A DNA stretch of 63,026 nucleotides, filler included, from an uncultured Synergistales bacterium (GTDB taxonomy: Bacteria > Synergistota > Synergistia > Synergistales > Aminobacteriaceae), in assembly GCA_937897575.1 (NCBI GenBank). It is 7 parts of 7 records of this genome, joined end to end, with 100 filler letters (N's around TTAATTAATTAA, not from the genome) between each part and the next. Parts side by side here need not be neighbours in the genome. Positions count along the whole stretch, not along the records: positions 18,245 to 36,059 come from CALCQG010000086.1; 6 more parts are not named here. One strand, given 5' to 3'. Both the position numbers and the translations under genes were made by a program. Shown piece by piece: positions 21,059-31,494 of this stretch. Under the pieces are notes generated by a model. It saw only the letters and a program-made list of their open reading frames with translations. It did not search any database and was not told the DNA's origin. Each line of letters begins with the position of its first letter. Within the stretch, counting starts at the first letter, position 1.

Positions 21059-22870
21059 TTGCCCTTCTGCGACGTCCTGCTCCCCGGCCCATGGTGGAAC
21101 AGCCTGACCTATGAGCCCCCCGTCCCGGCAGAGCCGGGAGCGAGGGTGATCGTCCCCGTCGGGCGGGGCGTCCGCATCGGCGTCGTGGAGAGCGCACGGG
21201 AGACACCCCCCGACGACCGCTCCTTCTCGCTCCGGTCCATCAGGGAGTTCCCCGACGAGGGCGCCCTTCTGCCCCCCGACATGCTGGACCTCCTGCTGTG
21301 GGGCGGACGGACCTTCCTCTGCGGCGCGGGCGTGATGCTAACGGTGGTCCTTCCGCCGCAGTTTCTCGCCGATCGGGCCCCCCTTCCTCCCTTTTCGCAG
21401 CCCGTTGCCCCCTCGCAGCGGGAGTACGAGGAGACGTTCCTCTATGACTGCGACGACGAGGCTCGATGGGGGCAGCTCCGGGGTATTCTCGAACGAAGAA
21501 GCTCCTTCATCGCCCTCTTCCCCGAGCAGGCCCTGGCAAAGGCCTTCTGGAAGGATCTGCCTGCGTCCCTGAAGGAAAAAAGCATTCTCTGGCCGTCCAC
21601 CGGCGGAAAAAAACTCCGGGACGCCTGGCTCTCCGTCCGGCAGGGCACGGTCGCCGGCGTCGTCGGAGGCCCTGGGGCCGTCTTCGCCCCCCTTCCTGAG
21701 GGCGGGACGATCGTCGTGGATGAGGAGAGCAGCCGGGCGCACAGCGCCTACAAATGGCCGCACGTGCACAGCAGGACCATCGCAGGGCGACGCGCACGGG
21801 TCGGAGGGGCACACCTCGTCCTGTCCGGCCGACTGCCGTCGTCCCGGATCGCCCTGCGGGACGACGTCGTCTCCCGCGACCGTCCCGCCCGGAACGACAT
21901 CCGGTTTGTGGACATCCGGAAGGGCTTCGCGTCGGAGAGCCTGGGGATCTCCGGGTCCCTGTCCCTGTCCAAGGCGCTCTTCGATGAGACGAGAGCCTGC
22001 ATGGACGCCAAGCGGGTGAGCCTCTGGATCCTCGACCGAAAGGGCTATGCGGGGGAGGTGGCCTGCGAGGAGTGCGGAAGCGCGGTCCTCTGTTCGCAAT
22101 GCGGCTCCGTCATGGCCTGGGAGGAGAAAAAAAACCGTCTGCGATGTTCCGCCTGCGGGGCCGTCCGCCCCTTTCCGGAGGTCTGCCCCGCCTGCAGGGG
22201 CCCCCTCCTGACGGGGAAGCGCCCCGGCCTCGAGGCACTCTACGCCATCGCGCAGACCCTCGCGTCGGACGCATGCCCCGCCGTCTTCTGGGAGGACGAA
22301 AGGCCCACAGGGGAGAAAAAGAGAAGGGAGCTCGCGGGGAAGATGAGCTCCGGCGGGATCGTCGTCGGAACGCGCGGGACGCTCGCCGCCTGCGACAGCG
22401 TCGACGTCGGATTCGTCGCGTGGGTCGACGCGGACGCCGAGGCCAGGAACGTGGCCTTCCAGGCGAAATTCACCGCCTTCTCCATGATCTGGGAGTCGCT
22501 CTGGCGGGGGAGGGGCGCGAAGGACCGCGTGCTCCTTCTTCAGAGCCGGCGTCCCGGCTCGGGGTGGCAGAGGGGGGTCGCGCTGGGGTGGCCCCACTTC
22601 TGGAGAGACGAGCTCGAGGAGCGAAGGGAGTTCGGCCTGCCGCCCTTCTCCTTTCTCCTGGGCATCCGGTGTCCGTCCCTGGAGGCAAAAAGGGGTATAA
22701 TGGCACGACTGGAGCAGACGGCCATCGCCCCCATGGACCCCGACGAGACGGCCCTCTCCTTCTGGGCGACCGTTCCCTCCATGGACCGCATCCGTCGCGC
22801 CCTCGCGCCATTTTTCTCCATAGGGAACTCCGGCAGAGGTTTTCCCGAGATCACCGTCTGGATCGACTAG
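21059..22870 (+). CDS. priA: primosomal protein N' (PriA)-like with degenerate helicase motifs
   Basis: N-terminal LTY...GARVIVPVG, four CxxC pairs, coaBC-priA synteny; no Walker A. Confidence 0.85.
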   Translation: MPFCDVLLPGPWWNSLTYEPPVPAEPGARVIVPVGRGVRIGVVESARETPPDDRSFSLRSIREFPDEGALLPPDMLDLLLWGGRTFLCGAGVMLTVVLPPQFLADRAPLPPFSQPVAPSQREYEETFLYDCDDEARWGQLRGILERRSSFIALFPEQALAKAFWKDLPASLKEKSILWPSTGGKKLRDAWLSVRQGTVAGVVGGPGAVFAPLPEGGTIVVDEESSRAHSAYKWPHVHSRTIAGRRARVGGAHLVLSGRLPSSRIALRDDVVSRDRPARNDIRFVDIRKGFASESLGISGSLSLSKALFDETRACMDAKRVSLWILDRKGYAGEVACEECGSAVLCSQCGSVMAWEEKKNRLRCSACGAVRPFPEVCPACRGPLLTGKRPGLEALYAIAQTLASDACPAVFWEDERPTGEKKRRELAGKMSSGGIVVGTRGTLAACDSVDVGFVAWVDADAEARNVAFQAKFTAFSMIWESLWRGRGAKDRVLLLQSRRPGSGWQRGVALGWPHFWRDELEERREFGLPPFSFLLGIRCPSLEAKRGIMARLEQTAIAPMDPDETALSFWATVPSMDRIRRALAPFFSIGNSGRGFPEITVWID

Positions 22871-22892
22871 CACGTCCGAGGAGGAGTTGCTC

Positions 22893-24215
22893 ATGCCCAT
22901 CGTCTCCATCATAGGAAGGCCGAACGTCGGAAAATCATCCCTCTTCAACAGGCTTGTTGGGAAGCGGGAGGCCATCGTGGACGACATGCCCGGGGTGACC
23001 AGGGATCGCCTGTATGGAGAGGTGGAGTGGGACGACAGAAAGTTCTTCGTGGTGGATACCGGAGGGTTCCTCGCGAAGGACGAAAACGCCTTCGTGGAGG
23101 GGATGCGCGCCCAGATTCGAACGGCTCTCGACGAAAGCGACCTCGTCCTCTTTGTCATCGACGGGCGGGAGGGGCCCACGTGGATGGACGAGGACGTGGC
23201 GGACATGCTCCGCCGGTCGGGCAAACCGGTCATCGTGGTGGCGAACAAGATCGACGACGGCATCCACGAGGACCTCATCTACCAGGCCTACTCCCTGGGA
23301 TTCGAGGAGGTCATCGGCGTCAGCGCCGAGCACAAGCGAAACATCTCCGATCTTCTGTGGCTCGTCGTCGAACGTCTCCCCGAGGAGCCCGAAGGGACGA
23401 TCGAAGAACAGGACATCAGCGTCGCCATCGTCGGCAAACCCAACGTGGGGAAGTCCAGCATGCTCAACGTCTTCGCGAGGGAGGAGCGGGCCCTCGTCAG
23501 CTCCATCCCCGGCACGACCAGGGACGCCATCGACACGCTCGTCGAGATCGACGGGACCCTCTTCCGCTTCATCGATACCGCCGGTATGCGGCGGAAGAGC
23601 AAGGTGGACAGCAGCGTGGAGTACTACTCCTTCGTCCGGACGCTCCAGGCCATCGACCGGTGCGACGTGGCCCTCCTCGTCATGGACGCCTCCGACCCCT
23701 TCACCGATCAGGACAAACGGCTGGCCGGAGAGATCATCGAGCGGGGCAAGGGCATTCTGCCCGTCCTCAACAAGTGGGATATCCTCGACAAAAGCACGGA
23801 CCTGGGCGACACCCTGAAGAAAAAGTTCAGGGACGAGATGCCCTTCCTGTCCTATGCGTCGCTGCACTTCGCCTCGGCCCAGAACGGACGGGGCATGCAC
23901 AAAATCCCCGAGTTTCTGCTGTCGATCCAGGAAAACAGAAGGAGGCGCCTGGGGACGACGCAACTGAACCGGCTTCTTCGGGACATCCTGGCTTTCGACC
24001 GATTGCCCTCGGATAGAAAAGGCAGGGCATTCAAAATATTTTACTGTACCCAGGCCGACATCGAGCCGCCCACCTTCATCTTCTTCGTGAACTATCCGAA
24101 CCTTGCAACGACAGCTTTCACCCGCCATATGGAGAAGGAACTCCGAGGGCTCGCGGAGTTCGGAGGCGTTCCAATGCGAATTTTCTGGCGGAAAAAAGCG
24201 AAAAATGACGATTGA
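22893..24215 (+). CDS. der: ribosome biogenesis GTPase Der
   Basis: Two GxPNVGKSS G-domains plus KH-like C-terminus. Confidence 0.98.
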   Translation: MPIVSIIGRPNVGKSSLFNRLVGKREAIVDDMPGVTRDRLYGEVEWDDRKFFVVDTGGFLAKDENAFVEGMRAQIRTALDESDLVLFVIDGREGPTWMDEDVADMLRRSGKPVIVVANKIDDGIHEDLIYQAYSLGFEEVIGVSAEHKRNISDLLWLVVERLPEEPEGTIEEQDISVAIVGKPNVGKSSMLNVFAREERALVSSIPGTTRDAIDTLVEIDGTLFRFIDTAGMRRKSKVDSSVEYYSFVRTLQAIDRCDVALLVMDASDPFTDQDKRLAGEIIERGKGILPVLNKWDILDKSTDLGDTLKKKFRDEMPFLSYASLHFASAQNGRGMHKIPEFLLSIQENRRRRLGTTQLNRLLRDILAFDRLPSDRKGRAFKIFYCTQADIEPPTFIFFVNYPNLATTAFTRHMEKELRGLAEFGGVPMRIFWRKKAKNDD

Positions 24216-24328
24216 CACTTGACCAGAACTGAAGAAGCTGCTAATAATAGATGCCATAGGTTTTTTTGCGTTTTGCGGCGCGTGGAAGGCACGGGGAGCA
24301 CACCACACATTCAGAGGAGGTAGTACGC

Positions 24329-24613
24329 ATGACCAAGGCAGAACTGGTGACCCAAGTTGCAAAAGAGACCGGAATGAACAAGAAGAACTCCGGCGAGGCT
24401 GTCAAGGCGATCTTCGCGGCAATCGAGGGAGCCCTTGCAAAAGGGGACAAGGTTCAGCTCGTTGGGTTCGGGACCTTCGAAGTTCGGAAGCGGGCAGCCC
24501 GCGAGGGGCGCAACCCCCAGGATCCGAAAAAGGTCATCAAGATTCCCGCCAAGAAAGTCCCCGTCTTCAGACCCGGCAAAGCCCTCAAGGACAGAGTCGC
24601 AAAGGCGAAATAG
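24329..24613 (+). CDS. hup: DNA-binding protein HU
   Basis: MTKAEL, VQLVGFGTF, GRNPQ, PVFRPGKALKD. Confidence 0.97.
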   Translation: MTKAELVTQVAKETGMNKKNSGEAVKAIFAAIEGALAKGDKVQLVGFGTFEVRKRAAREGRNPQDPKKVIKIPAKKVPVFRPGKALKDRVAKAK

Positions 24614-24637
24614 CGCAATCGAACCCTGTGCACGATC

Positions 24638-24672
24638 AAAAAGGCTCTTCCGAACGTTCGGAGGAGCCTTTT
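24638..24672. terminator. bidirectional intrinsic terminator between hup and rsmA
   Basis: AAAAGGCTCTTCCGAA-CG-TTCGGAGGAGCCTTTT hairpin. Confidence 0.8.
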
Positions 24673-25482
24673 CTATTGTCCCCTCGCTCTCATAAGCTCC
24701 CAGAGCGCCAACCACTGCTCGCCCGTGAGCTCCTCGGCCCTCGCATTGCCATCAACGCGCGCGCCCTCCAGCATACCCTCCCAGGGCAGGGTCGGCCATC
24801 GCCTCCTCATGTTGTTCAGCAGCTTCTTCCGCCGCTGTGAGAAGGCCTCCCGGAGCATCTCCCGCCACACGCCGTCCCTGGGAAGAGCTCCGTATCGCCC
24901 CGACAGCGCGATCTCAATGACCCGCGACTCCACCTTCGCAACGGGACGGAAGGCCGTCGGGGGGACCTTCAGGACCGAACGGGACGTGCCCATGATCTCG
25001 AGCGTCACGCCGAGGGGGTATCGCTCCTTCGTCCTGGAGGGGGCGATGATGCGGTCCGCCGCCTCCTTCTGGACCATGAGGAGATAGTAACCCGTCCCCG
25101 GCAGCTCCTCGAGCAGGCGCCACAGGAGGGGCGTCGTGATGTTGTAGGGGATGTTGGCCACGACCTTGGTCGGACGAGGGTCCAGAGCGCCGAGGGCAAT
25201 CTTCAGCACATCGCCCCAGAGGATGGTCACCCTGCCCGGGAAAGCCGCCTCCAACGGCGCGAGGAAGGGCTCCAGCCTCCTGTCGATCTCCACGGAATGG
25301 ACGTGGCGACAGCCGGAGGAGAGCAGGGCCTTCGTCAACACACCCTGGCCGGCTCCCACCTCGAGCACTGAGTCCGAGGGCTCGAGCGCGGCACGACGAA
25401 CGATCCCGTCCAGGATACGTTCATCCCTGAGAAAGTTTTGCCCCAGCCGCTTCTTGTTCCGGAACTCCGGCGAAGACTGCAC
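24673..25482 (-). CDS. rsmA: 16S rRNA adenine dimethyltransferase
   Basis: KKRLGQNFL, EVGAGQG, VVANIPYNIT, MVQKE, RAEEL. Confidence 0.96.
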   Translation of the reverse strand: MQSSPEFRNKKRLGQNFLRDERILDGIVRRAALEPSDSVLEVGAGQGVLTKALLSSGCRHVHSVEIDRRLEPFLAPLEAAFPGRVTILWGDVLKIALGALDPRPTKVVANIPYNITTPLLWRLLEELPGTGYYLLMVQKEAADRIIAPSRTKERYPLGVTLEIMGTSRSVLKVPPTAFRPVAKVESRVIEIALSGRYGALPRDGVWREMLREAFSQRRKKLLNNMRRRWPTLPWEGMLEGARVDGNARAEELTGEQWLALWELMRARGQ

Positions 25483-25525
25483 GCTTTCAACCCCCTTTCC
25501 CCGATGGAGCAGACTCTGCCGTCAT

Positions 25526-25555
25526 AAAAAGCGGAGGCTGAAAACAGCCTCCGCT
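25526..25555 (-). terminator. intrinsic terminator after tRNA-Pro
   Basis: AGCGGAGGCTG/CAGCCTCCGCT stem with T-run on the minus strand. Confidence 0.8.
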
Positions 25556-25563
25556 CATGTCTC

Positions 25564-25641
25564 TGGTCGGGACGAGAGGATTCGAACCTCCGACCACCTG
25601 CACCCCATGCAGGTACGCTAACCAGACTGCGCTACGTCCCG
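25564..25641 (-). tRNA. tRNA-Pro(GGG)
   Basis: CGGGACG acceptor stem, CCTGC-ATGGGGT-GCAGG anticodon arm, GGTTCGAATCC, CCA end. Confidence 0.97.
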
Positions 25642-25700
25642 ATTGTGCGGGATATTGTACCTTTTCCCGCAGCAGAGGTCAAGGGATACCCGTACCTCCG

Positions 25701-28700
25701 CTACGCCTTCGCCTCGACGGGCTCCTTCCCCATCTCGGCGAGCTGCCTGTAGGCCTCGTACCGCTGCTTCGCATCCTTCTCGGCCTTGGCGAAGAGCTCC
25801 TCAGCCTGCTCGGGGAAGGTCTTCGTGAGCGCGGCATACCGGACCTCGCTCATCAAGAAGTCCCTGAAGCTCGCCTTCGGCTCCTTCGAATCGAGGATGA
25901 AGGGGTTCTTCCCCTCCTCGATCAGATCGGGGTTGTACCGATAGAGGTGCCAGTAGCCGGCCTCCACGGCCTTTTTCGTCTGTTCCTGGGTCTTGCCCAT
26001 TCCCGTCTCGATGCCGTGGTTGATGCAGGGGGAGTAGGCGATCACGAGAGAGGGTCCCTTGTATGCCTCGGCCTCCTTGAGGGCCTTCATGAGCTGGTTT
26101 TTGTCCGCGCCCATGCCGACCTGCGCCACGTAGATGTAGCCGTAGGTCATGGCGATGCGGCCGAGGTCCTTCTTCTTGACCTTCTTGCCCGAGGCGGCGA
26201 ACTTGGCGATGGCCGCCGTCGGGGTGGACTTCGAGGACTGGCCGCCTGTGTTGGAGTAGACCTCCGTGTCGAAGACGAGGACGTTCACATCCTCGCCGGA
26301 GGCGAGAACGTGGTCGAGGCCTCCGAAGCCGATATCATAGGCCCAGCCGTCGCCGCCGAAGATCCAGACGGATTTCTTCACGAGGTAGTCTTTGTTCCGC
26401 CGGATCTCCTCGACGAGCCCCTCGACCTCGGGAGCCACCTTTTGGCCGAGCACCGCCAGGACCTTCTTCGCGGCGACCTTCGATTTTTCGCCATCCTCCC
26501 TGGACTCCAGCCACTCGGTGAAGGCGGCCTTCATGTCCTCGGGGATATCCTTGGTCAGCAGCTCGTTCATGGCGTCCACGATGTACTGGACGCTCGTGTC
26601 GATGGAGAGCTTCATGCCGTAGCCGTACTCCGCGTTGTCCTCGAAGAGGGAGTTCCCCCATGCAGGACCGTGCCCCTCGGCGTTCTTCGTATAGGGCATG
26701 CTGGGAGCGGAAGCGCCCCAGATGGAGGAGCAGCCCGTGGCGTTGGCGATGACCATGCGGTCTCCGAACATCTGGGTCACCAGTTTGGCGTAGGGGGTCT
26801 CCCCGCACCCGGCACAGGCTCCCGAGAACTCCAGGAGCGGCTGGGAGAACTGGCTCCCCTTGACGGTGAATTTGTTCGTCGCGCCCGATTTGTCCGAGAC
26901 CTTCACGGCGTAGTCCCAGTTGCAGATCTCCTTCTCCTGAGACGCGAGCGGTTTCATCTCAAGGGCGCTCACGGGGCAGATGTCGGCGCAGTTGCCGCAG
27001 CCGAGGCAGTCGAGGGGGTCCACCTGGATCTTGAACGTGTGCCCCGGGAACTCCTTGCCCTTCATCGCCACGTCGCCGAAGCCTTCGGGCGCACCGGCGC
27101 GCTCCTTCTCGTCGAGCACCACGGGGCGGATGGTGGCATGCGGGCAGACCATGGCGCACTGGTTGCACTGGATGCACTTGACGCCGTCCCACTCGGGCAC
27201 GTTGACGGCCACGCCCCTCTTCTCATAGGCGCTGGTCCCCGAGGGGAAGTGCCCGTCCTCCCTGCCGACGAAGGCGCTCACCGGGAGGTCGTCGCCCTTC
27301 TGGGCGTTGATGGGCATGCATACGTCCCTGATGAAAGCAGGGATCTCCTCGGGCAGGCCGCACACGAGGACCGGGTCCGTCGTGGAGGTCGCCCAGGCTG
27401 CCGGGACGGTGATCTTCTTCAGCGCCGCTATGCCCTCATCCACGGCCTTGTAGTTCATCTCGAGGATTTTCTCGCCCTTCTTGCCGTAGGTGTGGTCGAT
27501 GGCGTCCTTCATGTACTTCACCGCGTCGTCCAGAGGGATCACGTTGGACAGCTTGAAGAAGGCCGACTGCATGATCATGTTCGTCCTGTTGCCGAGGCCG
27601 ATGTTCTCGGCGATGTCCGTGGCGTTGATCACGTAGAAGCTGATGTCGTTCTTCGCCAGGAACTGCTTCATCTTGGCCGGGAGGTTCTTCTCCAGCTCCT
27701 CCTCGGAGGTCCACTGGGTGTTGAGCAGGAACGTCCCGTTCTTCTTCAGCCCGGCGAGGACGTCGTACTGGTGGACGTACTCCTGCTTGTGGCATGCGAT
27801 GAAGTCGGCCGAGTCGATGAGGTACGTGGACTTGATGGGCTTCTTTCCGAAGCGAAGGTGCGAGACCGTGATGCCGCCGGACTTTTTGGAGTCGTAGGAG
27901 AAATAGCCCTGGGCGTAGAGGTCCGTCTCGTCGCCAATGATCTTGATGGAGTTCTTGTTGGCCCCCACCGTGCCGTCGGAGCCGAGGCCCCAGAACTTGC
28001 AGCGGATGGTCCCCTCCGGGGCGGTCACTATGGGCTCTCCCACGGGAAGGGACGTATGGGTCACGTCGTCCACGATGCTGATCGTGAAACCATTTTTCGG
28101 CTCCTTCAGCTTCAGGTTCTCGAACACCGAGTTGATGTGCGTGGGCGTCGTGTCCTTGGATCCGAGTCCGTAGCGGCCGCCGACGATAACCGGCCGGTCC
28201 TTCTGGTCCTGGAAGAGGGCACAGACATCCTTGTAGAGGGGCTCGCCGAGGGCGCCGGCCTCTTTGCAGCGGTCGAGCACGGCGATTCGCTTCACGCTCT
28301 TCGGCAGCGCCTTGAAGAAGTACTTCGCCGAGAAGGGCCTGTAGAGATGAACCTCCAGGACGCCCGTCTTCCCGCCCCTGGCGTTCAGATAGTCCACGGT
28401 CTCCTCGATGGTCTGGCACACGGAGCCCATCGCGACGATCACATGCTCCGCATCGGGGGCGCCGTAGTAGTTGAAGGGGTGGTACTCACGGCCCGTCAGC
28501 TTCTTGATCTCCTGCATGTACTCCTCAACGAGGTCGGGGATGCCCTCGTAGAACGTGTTGGCAGCCTCTTTGGCCTGGAAGAAGATGTCGGGGTTCTGGG
28601 CCGTCCCCTTCTGATAGGGGTGCTCCGGGTTGAGGGCCCTCGCCTTGAACTTCGCTATGGCGTCGTAGTCGACGAGCTTGGCGAGGTCGTCGTACTCCAA

Positions 28701-29255
28701 GACCTCTATCTTCTGAATCTCATGGGATGTCCTGAAGCCGTCGAAGAAGTTCACGAAGGGGATGCTTCCCTTGATGGCCGTGAGATGGGCCACGGCCGTG
28801 AGGTCCATGACCTCCTGGACGCTCGCCGAGGCGAGGAAGGCGAACCCCGTCCCGCGGCAGGCCATGACGTCGCTGTGGTCGCCGAAGATGGAGAGGGCGT
28901 GGCCGGCGACAGCTCGTGCGGTGACGTCAAACACGCCCGGCAGCAGCTCGCCTGATATCTTGTACATGTTCGGCATCATGAGGAGCAGTCCCTGGGAGGC
29001 AGTGAACGTCGTCGCAAGAGACCCGGCGGACAGCGCGCCGTGGACGGCGCCAGCGGCGCCCGCCTCGGACTGCAGCTCCGTCACCCGGACCGGCTTGCCG
29101 AAGATGTTCTTCAGCCCGTGGGATGCCCACTCGTCCACCACCTCCGGCATCGTGGACGACGGCGTAATGGGGTAGATGGCAGCGACCTCCGTGAAGGCGT
29201 AGGAGACGTGGGCCGCGGCGGTGTTGCCATCCATCGTTTTCCAATTTTTCTTCAT
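25701..29255 (-). CDS. nifJ: pyruvate:ferredoxin (flavodoxin) oxidoreductase
   Basis: YPITPSS, QSEAGAAG, two 4Fe-4S motifs, GACAGCGE, GGDGWAYDIG. Confidence 0.98.
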   Translation of the reverse strand: MKKNWKTMDGNTAAAHVSYAFTEVAAIYPITPSSTMPEVVDEWASHGLKNIFGKPVRVTELQSEAGAAGAVHGALSAGSLATTFTASQGLLLMMPNMYKISGELLPGVFDVTARAVAGHALSIFGDHSDVMACRGTGFAFLASASVQEVMDLTAVAHLTAIKGSIPFVNFFDGFRTSHEIQKIEVLEYDDLAKLVDYDAIAKFKARALNPEHPYQKGTAQNPDIFFQAKEAANTFYEGIPDLVEEYMQEIKKLTGREYHPFNYYGAPDAEHVIVAMGSVCQTIEETVDYLNARGGKTGVLEVHLYRPFSAKYFFKALPKSVKRIAVLDRCKEAGALGEPLYKDVCALFQDQKDRPVIVGGRYGLGSKDTTPTHINSVFENLKLKEPKNGFTISIVDDVTHTSLPVGEPIVTAPEGTIRCKFWGLGSDGTVGANKNSIKIIGDETDLYAQGYFSYDSKKSGGITVSHLRFGKKPIKSTYLIDSADFIACHKQEYVHQYDVLAGLKKNGTFLLNTQWTSEEELEKNLPAKMKQFLAKNDISFYVINATDIAENIGLGNRTNMIMQSAFFKLSNVIPLDDAVKYMKDAIDHTYGKKGEKILEMNYKAVDEGIAALKKITVPAAWATSTTDPVLVCGLPEEIPAFIRDVCMPINAQKGDDLPVSAFVGREDGHFPSGTSAYEKRGVAVNVPEWDGVKCIQCNQCAMVCPHATIRPVVLDEKERAGAPEGFGDVAMKGKEFPGHTFKIQVDPLDCLGCGNCADICPVSALEMKPLASQEKEICNWDYAVKVSDKSGATNKFTVKGSQFSQPLLEFSGACAGCGETPYAKLVTQMFGDRMVIANATGCSSIWGASAPSMPYTKNAEGHGPAWGNSLFEDNAEYGYGMKLSIDTSVQYIVDAMNELLTKDIPEDMKAAFTEWLESREDGEKSKVAAKKVLAVLGQKVAPEVEGLVEEIRRNKDYLVKKSVWIFGGDGWAYDIGFGGLDHVLASGEDVNVLVFDTEVYSNTGGQSSKSTPTAAIAKFAASGKKVKKKDLGRIAMTYGYIYVAQVGMGADKNQLMKALKEAEAYKGPSLVIAYSPCINHGIETGMGKTQEQTKKAVEAGYWHLYRYNPDLIEEGKNPFILDSKEPKASFRDFLMSEVRYAALTKTFPEQAEELFAKAEKDAKQRYEAYRQLAEMGKEPVEAKA

Positions 29256-29462
29256 ACAGGTATCCCTCCGTTATTTTCAGGGGCACACCCCTGATATGTT
29301 ATTGGCGATGCACGTGAATCGACGGGTTTTCAACCGCCTATTTATTGTACAGTATAAGAGAAAAAATGAACATGGCGAATGCCCCGATCATCTCCGGCGG
29401 AGGGGGCGATACGTTCTTTTCGGAGCGTCACACCTGTCCAGTCGTGACCCGGGGCTGATATA

Positions 29463-30482
29463 ATGCCTGATGGTTCCCATCCGTTCCGGGAGGTGCATTT
29501 CACCGTGAGGCCAATAGAGGATATTCTGATTCTGCCCGAACGGGAGCCCTGGCCACTCCTCCTTCGAAAATCCGGAAAGGCGGGTGGAGTTTTTCTGGAG
29601 ATCGGCTTCGGAAACGGAGAGTACCTCGTCCACCTCGCCGGGAAGAGACCGGGTGAGACCTTTTGGGGGGCGGAGATGTCCAGAGCCTGCGTGCTGAGGG
29701 CCATGAAGCGGGTCCAGCAGGCGGGGCTCGACAACGTCTTCCTCCTCTGCGGGGACGCCCGATTTTTTCTCGCCGAGTGCTTCGAGCAGGGGGCCCTGGA
29801 CGGCATATACATGAACTTTCCCTGCCCTTGGCCTAAACGCCGCCACTCCAAGCGACGGGTCTCCGCCGGAGGCTTTGCCGACGAACTGGCCAGGAATCTG
29901 AAGCCCGGCGGTTTTTTCGAGCTTGTCACGGACGAGGAGTGGTACGGGCGGGAGGTCGAGCTCGCCCTCTCCGACCATCCGGCCCTCGTGAAGGAGCGGT
30001 GGGCCGTGAATCCGCCCAGGAGCGCAACGACGAAGTACGAGCGGCGGTGGAAGGCCCTCGGGAAAGATATCTATCTCTTCAGGACGATCAGGCGGGGGTG
30101 GTGTCCCGACTGTGAACCGCCGACACCGAAGGAGGAGGAACCCATGCATGAAGTAGTACCGCGGGGCGATTCGGCTGCAGACGCTTTGAGAGCCCTGTAC
30201 GGACAGGGCGGCGGCTCCGGCGAGACCATCTGGATATACAAAAAAACCTTCAGCTCCGGGGACGGGCTCCATCTCATCGAGGTGGTGACCTCCGATGACG
30301 GATTCGAGCAGAAGTTCTTCCTCCAGGTCGTCGAACGGGCGTCGAATTGCCTTGTGAAGATCCCCCCCCACTCGGTTCCCTTCCGGACGAAGTCCGTGAA
30401 GGGGGCTCTCCGGGCCCTGGCGGACCATCTGAAAAGCGGAGCCTCGTCCGGTGGAGACGGGGCCGTGGAGCCCCCGGCATGA
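29463..30482 (+). CDS. trmB: tRNA (guanine-N7)-methyltransferase with C-terminal extension
   Basis: LEIGFGNG, NFPCPWPKRRH, TKYERRW. Confidence 0.92.
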   Translation: MPDGSHPFREVHFTVRPIEDILILPEREPWPLLLRKSGKAGGVFLEIGFGNGEYLVHLAGKRPGETFWGAEMSRACVLRAMKRVQQAGLDNVFLLCGDARFFLAECFEQGALDGIYMNFPCPWPKRRHSKRRVSAGGFADELARNLKPGGFFELVTDEEWYGREVELALSDHPALVKERWAVNPPRSATTKYERRWKALGKDIYLFRTIRRGWCPDCEPPTPKEEEPMHEVVPRGDSAADALRALYGQGGGSGETIWIYKKTFSSGDGLHLIEVVTSDDGFEQKFFLQVVERASNCLVKIPPHSVPFRTKSVKGALRALADHLKSGASSGGDGAVEPPA

Positions 30483-30991
30483 AAGACGTCCGCCCCACCT
30501 CGGGGAAGGTCCTTCAGGCCCTCTTCAATATTCTGGGGAGTATGGAGGGGCGATCCTTTCTCGACCTCTTTTCCGGAACGGGGCGCGTTGCGATGGAGGC
30601 GCTGAAGAGAGGGGCGTGTCCTGTGACGGCCGTGGAGCTCGTGCCGTCGCGAGGACGCACCGTCCACTCTCTGCTCTCGCCCTATCGGGACGCCGCCGTC
30701 CTCACCATGGACGTCCGAAGAGCCATTGACTGGCTTTGCCGAAAAGGCTCCAGCTTCGACGTGGTCTTCGCCGACCCCCCCTACGGCGCCCGATGGACGT
30801 CCGAGATCGGAGCGCTGCTGTTCCCTCCTGAAAAGAACGGTATAATTGCTCCGGGCGGCATCGCTGTCGTGGAACATGCCCGGCGGGAGACGATCCCGCC
30901 GGGTGCAGGGTACGCCCTAATCGACCGCCGGGAGTACGGGGACACGGTGCTCACGTTTCTCTCGGCCGCGAGGGGAGAGGAAGGATCATGA
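30479..30991 (+). CDS. rsmD: 16S rRNA m2G966 methyltransferase
   Basis: RPTSGKV, FLDLFSGTG, FADPPY, YGDT; rsmD-coaD synteny. Confidence 0.92.
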   Translation: MKDVRPTSGKVLQALFNILGSMEGRSFLDLFSGTGRVAMEALKRGACPVTAVELVPSRGRTVHSLLSPYRDAAVLTMDVRRAIDWLCRKGSSFDVVFADPPYGARWTSEIGALLFPPEKNGIIAPGGIAVVEHARRETIPPGAGYALIDRREYGDTVLTFLSAARGEEGS

Positions 30992-31494
30992 GACAACCCA
31001 TACAGGCCGTATACCCCGGCTCGTTCGACCCCATCACCAACGGACACGTCTACATTGCCGAACGGGCCGCGGGGCTCTTCGACAGGGTAGTGGTCAGCAT
31101 CCTGCTCAACCCCCAGAAGAAGGCGGCCTTCACCGTGGAGGAGAGGAAGGCCATGGCACGGGAGGCCCTCATCCACCTGCCGAACGTGGAGATCGCCTCT
31201 TTCTCCGGCCTGCTTGTGGACTTCCTCCGACAGGAGAAGAGCAGGATCATCATCCGCGGGCTGAGAGCCCTCTCGGACTTCGAGTACGAATTTCAGCTCG
31301 CCCTCATGAACAGACAGCTCGCGCCCGATATCGAGACGCTCTTCATCGTGACGGAGGCCCGGTACTCCTACCTCTCGAGTCACGCCGTCAAGGAGATCTA
31401 TCAGTTCGGAGGGGCGGTCCACGAGATGGTCCCCCCGGGCGTGTACCGGCGTCTCAGGGAGCGCTTCCCCCTGCCTCGGGACCTGGCGCCATAA
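30988..31494 (+). CDS. coaD: pantetheine-phosphate adenylyltransferase
   Basis: YPGSFDPITNGH, IRGLRALSDFEYE. Confidence 0.98.
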   Translation: MRQPIQAVYPGSFDPITNGHVYIAERAAGLFDRVVVSILLNPQKKAAFTVEERKAMAREALIHLPNVEIASFSGLLVDFLRQEKSRIIIRGLRALSDFEYEFQLALMNRQLAPDIETLFIVTEARYSYLSSHAVKEIYQFGGAVHEMVPPGVYRRLRERFPLPRDLAP

